64,000 bases of DNA from Anaeromyxobacteraceae bacterium (lineage in GTDB: Bacteria; Myxococcota; Myxococcia; Myxococcales; Anaeromyxobacteraceae): positions 896,001 to 960,000 of the forward strand of contig JAULAX010000015.1 in NCBI GenBank assembly GCA_032654565.1, given 5' to 3'. Under the pieces are notes generated by a model that worked only from the letters and a program-made list of their open reading frames with translations, did not search any database and was not told where the DNA came from. Positions 29,787 through 42,841 of this stretch are shown here, in pieces. Made by a program: the position numbers and the translations under genes. The stretch's first letter is position 1. Each line of letters begins with the position of its first letter.

Positions 29787-30286
29787 GTGCCGCTCCGGCC
29801 CGGCGGCGCCGGGCGCGACGCCTGGATCACCCCGGCGGCCGTCACCACCGCGTCCAGGATCTTGGTGTAGCCGGTGCAGCGGCAGAGGTTGCCGGCCAGC
29901 GCCTGGCGAACCTCCTCGAGGGTCGGCTGGGCGTTCTCCTCCAGGAGCGCGAAGGCGCTCATCAGCATGCCCGGCGTGCAGAAGCCGCACTGGGCCGCGC
30001 CCTGGCTGTCGAAGGCGTCCTGGAGCGGATGGAGCCGGCCGGCGCTCGCCAGCCCCTCGACGGTGGTCACCTGCCGCCCGTCCACCGCCCGGGCCAGGAC
30101 CAGGCAGGCCAGCACGGCGCGGCCGTCGAGGAGCACGGTGCAGGCGCCGCAGTCGCCCTTGTCGCAGCCCTGCTTCGAGCCGGTCAGGTGGAGGTCCTGG
30201 CGCAGGCACTCGAGGAGCGTGGTGGCGGGCTCGACCGCCACCTCGACCGGGTCGCCGTTGACCACGAAGCGAAGGCGCTCCTTCAC
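29783..30286 (-). CDS. hcrC: 4-hydroxybenzoyl-CoA reductase gamma (2x[2Fe-2S]) subunit
   Basis: GCDKGDCGAC, QCGFCTPG, NLCRCTGY. Confidence 0.8.
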   Translation of the reverse strand: MKERLRFVVNGDPVEVAVEPATTLLECLRQDLHLTGSKQGCDKGDCGACTVLLDGRAVLACLVLARAVDGRQVTTVEGLASAGRLHPLQDAFDSQGAAQCGFCTPGMLMSAFALLEENAQPTLEEVRQALAGNLCRCTGYTKILDAVVTAAGVIQASRPAPPGRSGT

Positions 30287-31860
30287 CGGGCCTCCGCGCT
30301 GGCGAGGACCGCCGCGTACCGATCCCGAAGCACCCGGTGCAGGATCTTGCCGGTGGCGGTCCGGGGCATCTCCTCGTCGGCGATGAAGTGGATCTGTCGC
30401 GGGCACTTGTAGCCGGCCAGCTCGCGGCGAGTCAGCGAGGTGAGCGCCGCCGCCGACGGCGAGCTCCCCGGCCGCGCCACCACCACGGCGGTGACCGCTT
30501 CGCCCCAGGTGGCATCCGGCAGCCCGATGACCGCCACGTCGCCGACGTCGGGGTGGCCGGCCAGCACCTTCTCCACCTCCGACGGGTAGACCTTCTCCCC
30601 GCCGGTGATGATCATGTTGCTCTTGCGATCGACCAGCGTGTAGAAGCCGTCGCCGTCGCGCCGCGCCAGGTCGCCGGCGGTGCAGTACCCGTGGCGCCGG
30701 GCGCGGGCGGTGGCCTCGGGGAGGTTCCAGTAGCCGTCGAAGGCGGTCGGCGTCCGGGCCCAGAGCTCCCCGACCTCGCCGTCGGCCACCTCGGCGCCGC
30801 CCTCGTCGAGGAGCCGGAGCCGGCCGATGCCGACGATCTCCCGGCCGATGGAGCCGAGCTTGTCGAACTGCTGCTCGGGGCGCAGCAGCGTCACCAGGCC
30901 GGCCTCGGTCGAGCCGTAGGCCTCGAAGAGCCGCGAGGAGCGGAAGCAGGCCATGATGGCCAGCTTGGTGTCGCGGCGCGCCGGCGCCGAGGAGATGAGG
31001 AGCTTGTCGACGTGGCTGAGGTCACGGGCGCCGCGGACCGCCTCGGGGAGCCCCAGCATCATGGTGTAGTGGGTGGGGACCAGCGAGGTGAAGGTGATGC
31101 GCTCCTCGGCCAGCACCCGCAGCAGGTGCTCGGGGTCGAAGCTCTTGCGGTCGTAGACACAGACCTGGGCGCCCAGGTAGGTGAACACGAAGCCGTAGAA
31201 GACCGAGTTCACGTGGCAGAGCGGCATCACGGCCAGCCCGACGTCGTCGCGCGTGAAGCCGAACTCGATGGCGTTGAGGAGGTAGAAGAGGGCGTAGCTC
31301 CGGTGGCTCCGGATGGCTCCCTTCGGACGGCCGGTGGTCCCCGAGGTGTACATCAGCGTCCACGGGTCCTCGGGGCGGACGGTGACGGCGGGCGGGTGGT
31401 CGGCGCCGGTGGCCAGCAGCTCCTCGTAGTCGCGGTAGCCCGCCTCGAGCCGCTCGCCGCCGATCTGGATCCAGCGGCCGGCCCGGACGCCCAGGCTGTC
31501 GCGCAGGGGGCCCATGGCCTCGACCAGGTCGGCGCCCACCACCAGGGCGGCGGCGCTGCTGTCCTCGACCAGGTAGCGGACCTCCGGGGTGGCCAGCCGG
31601 AAGTTGACCGGCACCGCCACCAGGCCGGCCTTGGCGCAGGCGGCGTAGAGCTCCAGCCACTCCAGGCAGTTGTAGGCGTAGATGGCCACCCTGGCGCCCG
31701 GACCGAGCCCCAGGCCGATGAGCGCGTTGGCCAGCCGGTTGGCCCGGGTCTCGTACTGCGCCCAGTTCAGGGCCCGCCGAAGATCCCGGACCGCGGGGCG
31801 GAGGGGCTGGAGCCGGGCGTTGACGGTGATGATCTCGCCGATGTTGAGGAGCTGGTGCAT
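30283..31860 (-). CDS. Acyl/aryl-CoA ligase (AMP-forming)
   Basis: YTSGTTGRPKG, AYGSTE, GDL, RKSNMIITGGEKVYP, TGKI. Confidence 0.9.
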   Translation of the reverse strand: MHQLLNIGEIITVNARLQPLRPAVRDLRRALNWAQYETRANRLANALIGLGLGPGARVAIYAYNCLEWLELYAACAKAGLVAVPVNFRLATPEVRYLVEDSSAAALVVGADLVEAMGPLRDSLGVRAGRWIQIGGERLEAGYRDYEELLATGADHPPAVTVRPEDPWTLMYTSGTTGRPKGAIRSHRSYALFYLLNAIEFGFTRDDVGLAVMPLCHVNSVFYGFVFTYLGAQVCVYDRKSFDPEHLLRVLAEERITFTSLVPTHYTMMLGLPEAVRGARDLSHVDKLLISSAPARRDTKLAIMACFRSSRLFEAYGSTEAGLVTLLRPEQQFDKLGSIGREIVGIGRLRLLDEGGAEVADGEVGELWARTPTAFDGYWNLPEATARARRHGYCTAGDLARRDGDGFYTLVDRKSNMIITGGEKVYPSEVEKVLAGHPDVGDVAVIGLPDATWGEAVTAVVVARPGSSPSAAALTSLTRRELAGYKCPRQIHFIADEEMPRTATGKILHRVLRDRYAAVLASAEAR

Positions 31861-31874
31861 GCCAGGTCTCCCGG

Positions 31875-32681
31875 TCAGGCGTCGCCGGCGGCAGCGGCGC
31901 CGGCCGCGGCGGAAAAGGCGGCGTGGGCCACGCCCACCGCGCCGATCTCCTGGGCCAGCTTCGGCACGATGACCCGGCTGCCGATGGCCTGCTCCAGCAA
32001 CTCGACCACCAGGGGGTGATGCGAGACCACGCCACCGGTGGCCACCACCGTCCCCTCGACCCGCTCCATCTCCAGCACCCGCTTGACCACCGAGCGGTAG
32101 GCGGCCCGGGCCAGGTCGGCCGGCCGCTTCCCCTGGCGGATCAACCCCAGGACCTCGGTGCCGGTGAAGACCGTGCAGAAGCTCCCCAGCTCGATCTCCT
32201 CCGACGAGGTCGACGCCAGCTCCGGGAGCGCCCCGATGGGCACGTCGAGGCGGAGGGCCATCTCCTCGAGGAAGCTCCCGGTCCCGGCCGCACACTTCCG
32301 GTTCATCTTGTGCGACGTGCGCCGGCCGGCCGCGTCCACCACGATGATCTTGGCGTCCTGCCCGCCGATGTCGATGACGGTGAGCGGTCCGGAGACGTAC
32401 TGCAAGGCGCCGCGGGCGTGGGCATCCAGCTCGGTGCGCGATCCGGTGGCGTCGGAGATGGCGTGGCGGCCGAAGCCGGTGGTCCAGAGGGCGACCACCG
32501 ACGAGCGGTCCACGTCGGCGCGCTCCAGCAGGTCGCGGACCACCCGCTCGGCGGCCGCCCTGACGTCGGCGCCGGTGCGGACGATGGCGGTGGCCAGCAC
32601 CCGGCCGGCCTGGTCCACCAGGGCCGCCTTGGTGTTCCAGGAGCCGGAGTCGACCCCGACGAAGCAGGGGCCGGGGCTCAC
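31875..32681 (-). CDS. HgdC/BcrA-type activator ATPase (canonical copy)
   Basis: GVDSGSWNTK, TGFGR, DIGGQDAK, MNRKCAAGTGSFLE, CTVF, TGGV. Confidence 0.88.
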   Translation of the reverse strand: MSPGPCFVGVDSGSWNTKAALVDQAGRVLATAIVRTGADVRAAAERVVRDLLERADVDRSSVVALWTTGFGRHAISDATGSRTELDAHARGALQYVSGPLTVIDIGGQDAKIIVVDAAGRRTSHKMNRKCAAGTGSFLEEMALRLDVPIGALPELASTSSEEIELGSFCTVFTGTEVLGLIRQGKRPADLARAAYRSVVKRVLEMERVEGTVVATGGVVSHHPLVVELLEQAIGSRVIVPKLAQEIGAVGVAHAAFSAAAGAAAAGDA

Positions 32682-33955
32682 TGGCGCCCTCCGCCCGAGG
32701 CGACCGGGCCGACGTCCTCGAGCTGCTCCACGAAGGCCTCGATGTTGGTCCGGGCCTGCTCGTCGGAGAAGCAGCGCAGGTCGTTGAGGTCGCCGTCCAG
32801 TACCAGCACCGGGAGGTGGGAGGCGCGGCGGAGCCGTTGGGCCAGGCCGAAGCGGACGTTGGAGTTGTTGGGACAGGTCCGGGCGTCGTGGAAGATCAGG
32901 CCGTCCACCGAGAACTCGCGGCCCATCCGCTCCAGGTAGCGCTGCTTGGGCCCCTCGGCCCGGGCGATGAAGAGCTCGAGCGAGGCCCGGGCCATGGAGC
33001 GGAGCGGGTCGCGGGGGTCGAGGGCCTCGAAGACCCAGCTGTTGCAGTAGGTCGAGGCCACCACGGTGGTCCCCAGGTCGGCGAAGAGCGCGGCCAGGTC
33101 GCGCAGCCGGCCCCAGATCGGCATCCCGTCCCAGTAGAGCCGGAAGCGCTCGCGGGGCAGGGCGCCGCGGCCCGCCCCGACGCGCTCGGCCAGCTCGGCC
33201 TTGAGGAGCTGGTAGTAGTCGCAGGCCTCGGCCGTGCCGCGCAGGACCACCGCCGGCCCCATCTGGATGGTGGCGTCGAAGAAGGAGAGCGGCGCCGGCC
33301 GCGAGGCCGAGGACCCCAGGCAGTCGCGCCACAGGTCGCTGCAGGTCCGCGAACGGCCCACCGCCAGCTCGAGCGCCGCGGCGTCGAGCCGCCGACCGGC
33401 CACCGCCTCCAGGGCAGGGATCAATCCCTCCAGCTGCCGCGTGATGGCGTCGACGTGGGAGTCCTCCACCTCGCCGAGGTCGCGGAAGGAGGTGACGCCC
33501 ACCACCGGGAGGTTCCACTCCCGGCCGTAATACTCGAACCAGTCCCGCACCTCGCGGCACTGGTTGGTGCTGTAGAGGAGCAGGTCGGGGCGCGGGGCGG
33601 CCGAGAGGCCGAAGCGCGACAGCGGGGTCTTGCGGGCCAGGTGGGCGCCGATGTCGCTGGTCAGGTAGGAGCAGATGTCCGGGGAGTAGCCCAGGGCGTG
33701 GGCCCGCCCCATCACCTCGCCGGCGACGCGGGAGGCGCCGAGCAGGGCGCCGTGGTTCTCGGGGAAGAAGACCTGGTAGCCGAGGGCGCGGAGCAGCTCC
33801 ACCGGGCCGACGCTGGTGCACCAGGCCACCGGCGCCGACCGCTCCCGGGCGGCGCGGTCCACGCCGGTGAAGTGCGCAGCCATCAGCTCCTTGAGCCGGG
33901 CCGAGGCGCTGAAGGTGGCCTCGGGGGGACGCGACGGTCGGTCAGTGCTGGCCAT
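32678..33955 (-). CDS. 2-hydroxyacyl-CoA dehydratase/BcrB-like subunit with intact Fe-S cysteines
   Basis: FPENHG, DICSY, TNQC, ARTC, DGDLND...TNIEAFVE align with the HadB/BcrB pattern. Confidence 0.85.
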   Translation of the reverse strand: MASTDRPSRPPEATFSASARLKELMAAHFTGVDRAARERSAPVAWCTSVGPVELLRALGYQVFFPENHGALLGASRVAGEVMGRAHALGYSPDICSYLTSDIGAHLARKTPLSRFGLSAAPRPDLLLYSTNQCREVRDWFEYYGREWNLPVVGVTSFRDLGEVEDSHVDAITRQLEGLIPALEAVAGRRLDAAALELAVGRSRTCSDLWRDCLGSSASRPAPLSFFDATIQMGPAVVLRGTAEACDYYQLLKAELAERVGAGRGALPRERFRLYWDGMPIWGRLRDLAALFADLGTTVVASTYCNSWVFEALDPRDPLRSMARASLELFIARAEGPKQRYLERMGREFSVDGLIFHDARTCPNNSNVRFGLAQRLRRASHLPVLVLDGDLNDLRCFSDEQARTNIEAFVEQLEDVGPVASGGGRQ

Positions 33956-33963
33956 GCGTCTCC

Positions 33964-34737
33964 TCAGCCCCGGGCCTGGTCGAGCGCGAAGAGGGCAGCA
34001 CCGTAGGCGCCGGCCAGGATGGGCTCGGGCAGGATCTCGACCGGGAGCAAGGAGCGGTCCGCCAGCGCCCGCACCACGCCCGGGAAGTACTCGCAGACGC
34101 CCCCGGTGATGTAGATGGGGCTGACGAAGTGATCGATCTCCAGGATCCGGTCGGCGATCGACTGCATGCACCCGAGCGCGATCTCGCCGGCGGTCGAGCC
34201 CTGCCGGAGCAGCTCGATGACCTCGACCTCGGCGAAGACCGAGCAGTAGCTCCCCACCGGTGCCGCCTTCTCCGCCGAGTTGGCCAGGTCCATGAGCCGG
34301 GTGGGGTGCACGTCGAGGTGCCGGGAGGCGAACATCAGGAAAGTGCCGATGCCCACCGCGCACTTTCGCACCGACCGGCTCGAGACCACGGTGCCCTGGG
34401 CGTCCACGTGGATGACCTTGGGGTCGCGGCCCCCGATGTCCACCACCGTCATCTCCCGCCGGGTGGTGTGCCAGGCGCCGCGGGCGTGGCAGAGGGTCTC
34501 GGCCACCGCCTGGCTGGCGATGGGCGCGCAGGAGGCGGCGAACCCGGTGACGCAGACGGCGGCCAGCTTGGCCGCCGTCACCTGGGCCTCCTGGAGGGCG
34601 TTCCCGGTGGCCTCCTGGAAGCAGTCCTGGAAGTAGCCTCGCGTCGGCACGGTGGCCCGGCCCACGACCTTGCCGTCGCCGTCGACGACCACCGTCTTGA
34701 CGCACTCGGTCCCCAGATCCGCACCGGCCACCACCAT
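33964..34737 (-). CDS. HgdC/BcrD-type activator ATPase (divergent copy)
   Basis: GADLGTECVK, ETLCHARG, DIGGRDPK, KCAVGIG, CSVFAE, TGGV. Confidence 0.83.
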   Translation of the reverse strand: MVVAGADLGTECVKTVVVDGDGKVVGRATVPTRGYFQDCFQEATGNALQEAQVTAAKLAAVCVTGFAASCAPIASQAVAETLCHARGAWHTTRREMTVVDIGGRDPKVIHVDAQGTVVSSRSVRKCAVGIGTFLMFASRHLDVHPTRLMDLANSAEKAAPVGSYCSVFAEVEVIELLRQGSTAGEIALGCMQSIADRILEIDHFVSPIYITGGVCEYFPGVVRALADRSLLPVEILPEPILAGAYGAALFALDQARG

Positions 34738-34761
34738 GTTCGACTCCTCGCTCTCGCCCCG

Positions 34762-37047
34762 CTAGTGCGCCGCAGCTTCGCGGAGCTTGTTGCCGCCGGC
34801 CGTGGCCGCCGCCCGCCGCTGCTCCACGAACTCGCGGAGCTGTGAGCGGATGTGATCGACCGAGACCAGCCGGAGGTCGTGGGTGTCGGCCTCGATGACG
34901 ATGGGGGTGACGCCGGTGTCGCGCCGGAGCCGGATGTGCAGCCCGGAACGCGCCGCGCTGTGGTCCGGGGCGGTCCGGGCGTCGTGGAAGATGGCGGCGT
35001 CGACGTCGTGACGGGCGAACTCGCGGGCCAGGTACTTGGCCTTGTACTCGCGCGAACGGTTCGGGTAGACCGAGGTGTAGGCGGTCGCCATGCTCTCGAT
35101 GGGGTTCTCGCGCTGCAGTCCCTGCAGGGCATAGGTCTGCGAGTACCAGGAGCCGACCACCGCAATCCCCTCGTCGAGGAAGAGGCTGGCCAGGGGGCGC
35201 AGGGCGCACCAGATGGGCGCGCCCTCCCAGAAGAAGCGGAACCGCTCGCCGGGCACCGCGGCGATCTTCCCGGCGATGCGCTGCTTGAGCTCGGCCAGCA
35301 GGATCTCGTAGTAGGTGATGGCCTCCTGGGTCCCGCGCATCAGGAGCATCGGCGCCACGTGGATGAGGGTGTCGAAGTAGGTGATGGGGCTGGGGGTGTG
35401 GCAGGCCAGGTCGAGGATGTCGCCCCAGAGCTTGGCCGCCCGGGCCGAGCGCTCCACCACCTCGGCCAGCCGGTCCTGATCGAGGGTCCGGCCGGAGGCG
35501 GCCTGGAGCCGGTCGACCAGCCGGAGCGTCTGCTGCACGGCGGCGTCGATCTCGATCTTCTCGACCTCGCCCAGGGCCGGTGGCGGGTGGAGGCCGAGCA
35601 GGGGGACGCTGAGCCGGTTGCCGTAGTACTCGAACCAGCGGGCCACGTACGAGCCGACGTTGGTGTTGTAGAGGAGGACGGCGGGGGGCGGCACGCCATC
35701 GAGGCCGTGCAGGCCGGCCAGCGGCGTCTCGCCAGCCATCATGGCCCCCACGTCGCTGGCCATCTCGCTGGAGGCGAAGGGGGAGAAGCCGTCGGCCAGG
35801 GCCAGCCGGATGTACTTCCCGGTGAGCCGGCTGGCGCCGATGAGGGCGGCGTGGTTCTCCGGAAAGTAGGGGACGTAGCCGAGGGCCCGGGCGATCTCCA
35901 CCGGGCCGTGGGTGGAGCACCAGGCCACGTTCCGGGCGCGGCTGGCCTGGGCCAGCTCGCGCCAGTAACCGCTGAGGATCTCCTTGAGCCGGGGCGCGCT
36001 CTCCAGGGGCACCCGCCCCTGCGGCATCCCGGCGAAGGGGACGCGCTCCACCGGGCGCGAGGGCAGCGTGGACTGCACGTTCTTCACCTCGGCGAGCGTC
36101 TGGGCGCCTCGCTCCTGGCGTCGCTGCTGCTGCCGCTCCCTGGAGTGGACCAGCTGGACGATGGCCCAGTTGAGCGGCGCCGGGATCCCCAGCCGCTCGG
36201 CCTCGACGACGATGCCGCCGTTCATGGCGTCGATCTCGGTGCGGAAGCCGCGCACCAGGTCCTGCCACATGGATGGGCGGTTGCGAGCCAGGGCCTTCTG
36301 CGACCGGACGATGGGGCGGTAGGGATCCTCGGGATCCTCCAGGGGCGTGCCCCGGGCCTTCATCACCTCGGCGATCTCCAGGCAGAGGCTCCGCATCAGC
36401 GCCTGCATGTCCTCGTCCTCGAGCAGCTCGCTGCAGGTCATCCCGGTGAGGGCCGAGATGGGGTTGACCACCGAGTTGTGGACCAGCTTCTGCCAGACCA
36501 CCGCGTCGACGCTCTCGACCACCTCGGTGGCCATCCCGGCCCGGCAGAAGACCTCGCCGATGGCCCGGACCTCGTCGGTGATCTTCCCGTCGACCGGCGC
36601 CACCTGGACCGGCTTGATGCCGGTGCGGTACCGCATCCGGTTGGGGCCGGTGTGCTGGATGGAGTGGAAGGTGATCCCGGTGAGGATGCGGTGGCTGTCC
36701 ACCACCGACCGGATCCGATCGACGTTGCCGATGCCGTTCTGGGTGGAGAGGATCCAGGTCTTCTCGCCGACGACCGGCAGCCCGGCGCGGATGGCGCTCT
36801 CGGTCTGGTAGCTCTTCACCGCCACGAAGAGCAGGTCGGCGGTCGGCTGCCCCTCCAGGGTGGTGACCACCTTCACGGCGACGTGCTGCTCGCCCCTGTC
36901 CGACTCGGAGAGGAAGAGCCCCTGCTCCTGGAGGAGCTTGGCGCGGGCGACGTTGGCCTCGAGGAAGGTGACGTCTTCGCCGGAGGCACCCAAACGGGCC
37001 CCGATGAGGCCGCCGAGCGCTCCCGCACCGAGAATCACGATCCGCAT
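34762..37047 (-). CDS. Fusion of ketopantoate-reductase (ApbA/PanE) domain and a dehydratase/BcrB-like domain lacking the Fe-S cysteines
   Basis: N-terminal GAGALG, AVKSYQ, QNGIG, WQKL, SMWQD, TEID; C-terminal ~410 aa collinear with 32678..33955; one uninterrupted ORF. Confidence 0.85.
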   Translation of the reverse strand: MRIVILGAGALGGLIGARLGASGEDVTFLEANVARAKLLQEQGLFLSESDRGEQHVAVKVVTTLEGQPTADLLFVAVKSYQTESAIRAGLPVVGEKTWILSTQNGIGNVDRIRSVVDSHRILTGITFHSIQHTGPNRMRYRTGIKPVQVAPVDGKITDEVRAIGEVFCRAGMATEVVESVDAVVWQKLVHNSVVNPISALTGMTCSELLEDEDMQALMRSLCLEIAEVMKARGTPLEDPEDPYRPIVRSQKALARNRPSMWQDLVRGFRTEIDAMNGGIVVEAERLGIPAPLNWAIVQLVHSRERQQQRRQERGAQTLAEVKNVQSTLPSRPVERVPFAGMPQGRVPLESAPRLKEILSGYWRELAQASRARNVAWCSTHGPVEIARALGYVPYFPENHAALIGASRLTGKYIRLALADGFSPFASSEMASDVGAMMAGETPLAGLHGLDGVPPPAVLLYNTNVGSYVARWFEYYGNRLSVPLLGLHPPPALGEVEKIEIDAAVQQTLRLVDRLQAASGRTLDQDRLAEVVERSARAAKLWGDILDLACHTPSPITYFDTLIHVAPMLLMRGTQEAITYYEILLAELKQRIAGKIAAVPGERFRFFWEGAPIWCALRPLASLFLDEGIAVVGSWYSQTYALQGLQRENPIESMATAYTSVYPNRSREYKAKYLAREFARHDVDAAIFHDARTAPDHSAARSGLHIRLRRDTGVTPIVIEADTHDLRLVSVDHIRSQLREFVEQRRAAATAGGNKLREAAAH

Positions 37048-37118
37048 CGCCGGCACCTTCGACCTGCGTCATCCCGTCATGAGGAGCTTGGACCGACTGG
37101 GCTGTTCTGTTCAATGAC

Positions 37119-37149
37119 ATTCTGGTACGGTTTTACGCATATTGTCCAG
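37119..37149. promoter_or_regulatory. Shared upstream motif, copy 1
   Basis: ATTCTGGTACggTTTTACgcatATTGTCCAG; recurs at 44082 and 62381. Confidence 0.65.
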
Positions 37150-37215
37150 CACCATCCCGGGAACCCACCGCGCGACGCGGTGCATCCAGTGCCCCCGCGG
37201 CGTGAAGGAGTACGC

Positions 37216-39180
<1,965 letters not shown>

Positions 39181-39191
39181 GGGAGCGGGTC

Positions 39192-40484
<1,293 letters not shown>

Positions 40485-40569
40485 GGCCGCCGCGCGGGCG
40501 CTGCGCCCGGCGACGGATTGCCGCATCTCCGCCGAAGCGGTTGTGCCGGTGGCAGGGGGGGGATATTCA

Positions 40570-41055
40570 ATGGCTATGTCGCACCAGAAAACCAGTTCGA
40601 CCCGGACCGATCACGGTGACGTCCGGGTCCGGGCCGCGCACCTCGCCGACCTGGCGTCGGTGGTGGCCCTCGACGCCGAGGACACCGGCATCTCCAAGCC
40701 GGACTACTGGAAGAGCCGCTTCGAGTGGTACGCCGGGCGCCGCCCCGACCGGTTCTTCCTGGTCGCCGAGCGGCAGGAGGCCATGCTCGGCTTCATCGTC
40801 GGCGAGGTCCGGGCCTGGGAGTTCGGCTCGCCGCCGAGCGGCTGGATCTTCGCCATCGGTGTGAGCCCGGAGGCGCGCCTCCACGGCCTCGGGACCATGC
40901 TCTTCGACGAGATGTGCGTCCGCCTCCGCAAGGCCGGGGTCAAGGAGGTCCGCACCATGCTGGCCAAGGACAACCACCTGATCATGTCCTTCTTCCGGAG
41001 CCTGGGGATGATGGCCGGCCCGTTCATCCAGCTGGAGAAGAGGCTCGAGCCATGA
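40570..41055 (+). CDS. GNAT acetyltransferase, BadL-like
   Basis: [26 protein letters not shown]; coupled to an Rrf2 gene in an anaerobic benzoate region. Confidence 0.8.
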   Translation: MAMSHQKTSSTRTDHGDVRVRAAHLADLASVVALDAEDTGISKPDYWKSRFEWYAGRRPDRFFLVAERQEAMLGFIVGEVRAWEFGSPPSGWIFAIGVSPEARLHGLGTMLFDEMCVRLRKAGVKEVRTMLAKDNHLIMSFFRSLGMMAGPFIQLEKRLEP

Positions 41056-41495
41056 GGGTCCAGGTGGCGACCCGCCTCGCGCTCTTCGCGGTCTTCCAGC
41101 TCGCTGCCGACCCCAGGCGGCAGCATGCCGCCGCCGAGATCGCCAACCGCTTCGGGATCTCGGTGAACCACCTCTCCAAGGTGCTGCGGACCCTCGGCCG
41201 GGCCGGGCTGGTGGAGGCGCTCCGCGGCGCCGGCGGGGGCTATCGCTTCAGGGGCAACCCGCGGCGGGTGACCCTGCTCGACGTCATCGAGCTCTTCGAG
41301 CCCATCGGCGCCGCCGAGGGCCTTCGGGATCCCGAGGGGCCGTCGGCCGAGGGGCGGGCCCTGCACCGGGTCTTCGACGAGATCGACGACATCGCCCGGG
41401 GCACGCTGAGCTCGATCTCGCTGGCCACCATGCTGACGCTGATCGAGGAGGCGCGGCGAAACGCCAGCGAGCGAGGTCGGGCCGCGGCCACCTGA
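41052..41495 (+). CDS. Rrf2-family regulator, BadM-like (no Cys)
   Basis: [41 protein letters not shown] overlap with the GNAT gene. Confidence 0.85.
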   Translation: MRVQVATRLALFAVFQLAADPRRQHAAAEIANRFGISVNHLSKVLRTLGRAGLVEALRGAGGGYRFRGNPRRVTLLDVIELFEPIGAAEGLRDPEGPSAEGRALHRVFDEIDDIARGTLSSISLATMLTLIEEARRNASERGRAAAT

Positions 41496-41605
41496 GCAGG
41501 GGGCAGGGACGCACCCCCGGGCGGTGGTCGGAAAGGCTTGCGAGACCGCCACCCGATGACCGAACCCGTCAGGGGCCCCGTGGGGGCTGGCGGCGGTGGC
41601 CAAGC

Positions 41606-42793
41606 TCACCGCTCCACCACCATGGCGATCCCCTGGCCGACGCCGATGCACATGGTGGCCAGGCCGAGCGACTGGCCGGTCCGGACCATGCCGTGGATCA
41701 GCGTGGTGAGCAGCCGAGCCCCGGAGCAGCCGAGCGGGTGGCCGAGCGCGATGGCCCCGCCGCTGGGGTTCACCCGCGGATCGTCCTCGGCGAGCCTCCA
41801 CCCGGTGAACACGGCCAGTGACTGGGCCGCGAAGGCCTCGTTGAGCTCGATGCGCTGGACGTCGGCCAGGGCGCGGCCGGCGCGCGCCAGGGCCTTGGCC
41901 GTGGCCGGGACCGGGCCGAGCCCCATGGTCCGTGGCGGCACCCCGGCCACCGCCACCGAGCGGAAGCGGGCCAGCGGCGTCAGGCCGTGGGCCCGGGCGT
42001 AGTCGGCCGAGGTCACCAGGACCGCGGCGGCGCCGTCGTTGAGGGTGCTGGAGTTGCCGGCGGTCACCGTGCCACCTTTCTTGAAGGCGGCGGAGAGCCG
42101 GCCCAGCCGCTCCAGGGTGGTGTCGCGGCGTGGTCCCTCGTCGGCGCTCACCGTCCCGGCCTCGACCGGCACCGGGACCAGTTCCCGCGCGAAGTGGCCG
42201 GCGTCCTGGGCGGCCACCGCCTTGCGGTGGCTGGCCAGGGCATACCGGTCCTGGGCCTCGCGGCCGAGGCCGAGCTCGGCGGCCAGGTTCTCGGCGGTCT
42301 GGCCGAGGGCGTCGGTGTGGCCCAGCGCCTCCATCCGCGGGTTCACGAAGCGCCAGCCCAGCGCGGTGTCGAAGAGCGTGCCGTTGCCGCGCGGGAGCGC
42401 CCGGTCGGGCTTGGCCATGGCCCAGGGCGCGCGCGACATCGACTCGACGCCGCCCCCCACGTAGACGTGGGCCTCGCCGCAGAGGACGGCCCGCGCCGCG
42501 GCGGCGACCGCCTCGAGCCCGGAGCCGCAGAGCCGGTTCACGGTGCAGGCGCCCACCTCGAGGGGGTAGCCGGCCAGCAGGGCGCTCATCCGGGCCACGT
42601 TGCGGCTGTCCTCGCCGGCCTGGTTGGCGCAGCCCAGGTAGACATCCTCGACGTCGGCGGCCGGCACGCCGCTCCGCTCCAGGACGGCGCGCAGCACCAC
42701 GGCGCCGAGGTCGTCGGGGCGCACCCCGGCCAGGGCGCCGCCGTAACGCCCCATGGGCGTGCGGACGGCGTCGATGATCCAGGCTTCGGCCAT
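41606..42793 (-). CDS. Beta-ketoacyl-CoA thiolase, PcaF/PaaJ-like
   Basis: [44 protein letters not shown]. Confidence 0.9.
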   Translation of the reverse strand: MAEAWIIDAVRTPMGRYGGALAGVRPDDLGAVVLRAVLERSGVPAADVEDVYLGCANQAGEDSRNVARMSALLAGYPLEVGACTVNRLCGSGLEAVAAAARAVLCGEAHVYVGGGVESMSRAPWAMAKPDRALPRGNGTLFDTALGWRFVNPRMEALGHTDALGQTAENLAAELGLGREAQDRYALASHRKAVAAQDAGHFARELVPVPVEAGTVSADEGPRRDTTLERLGRLSAAFKKGGTVTAGNSSTLNDGAAAVLVTSADYARAHGLTPLARFRSVAVAGVPPRTMGLGPVPATAKALARAGRALADVQRIELNEAFAAQSLAVFTGWRLAEDDPRVNPSGGAIALGHPLGCSGARLLTTLIHGMVRTGQSLGLATMCIGVGQGIAMVVER

Positions 42794-42841
42794 GTGACTC
42801 TCCGCGCCGGTCGGGCCGCTGCCCCGCCGCCGCTGCGCGCC

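Noticed and set aside
32678..37120. 1480-aa ORF suggesting a giant fusion protein
   Set aside because: Only the last 425 aa (from ATG 33955) are protein-like; the rest is an off-frame overlap of real genes, typical of high-GC DNA.
37121..37138. TGGTAC...TT read as a sigma54 -24/-12 promoter
   Set aside because: None of the three motif copies has GC 10 nt after the GG.
34852..37215. N-terminal extension of the 1442-aa plus-strand ORF
   Set aside because: Antisense shadow of the fusion gene; the real gene starts at ATG 37216 after AAGGAG.
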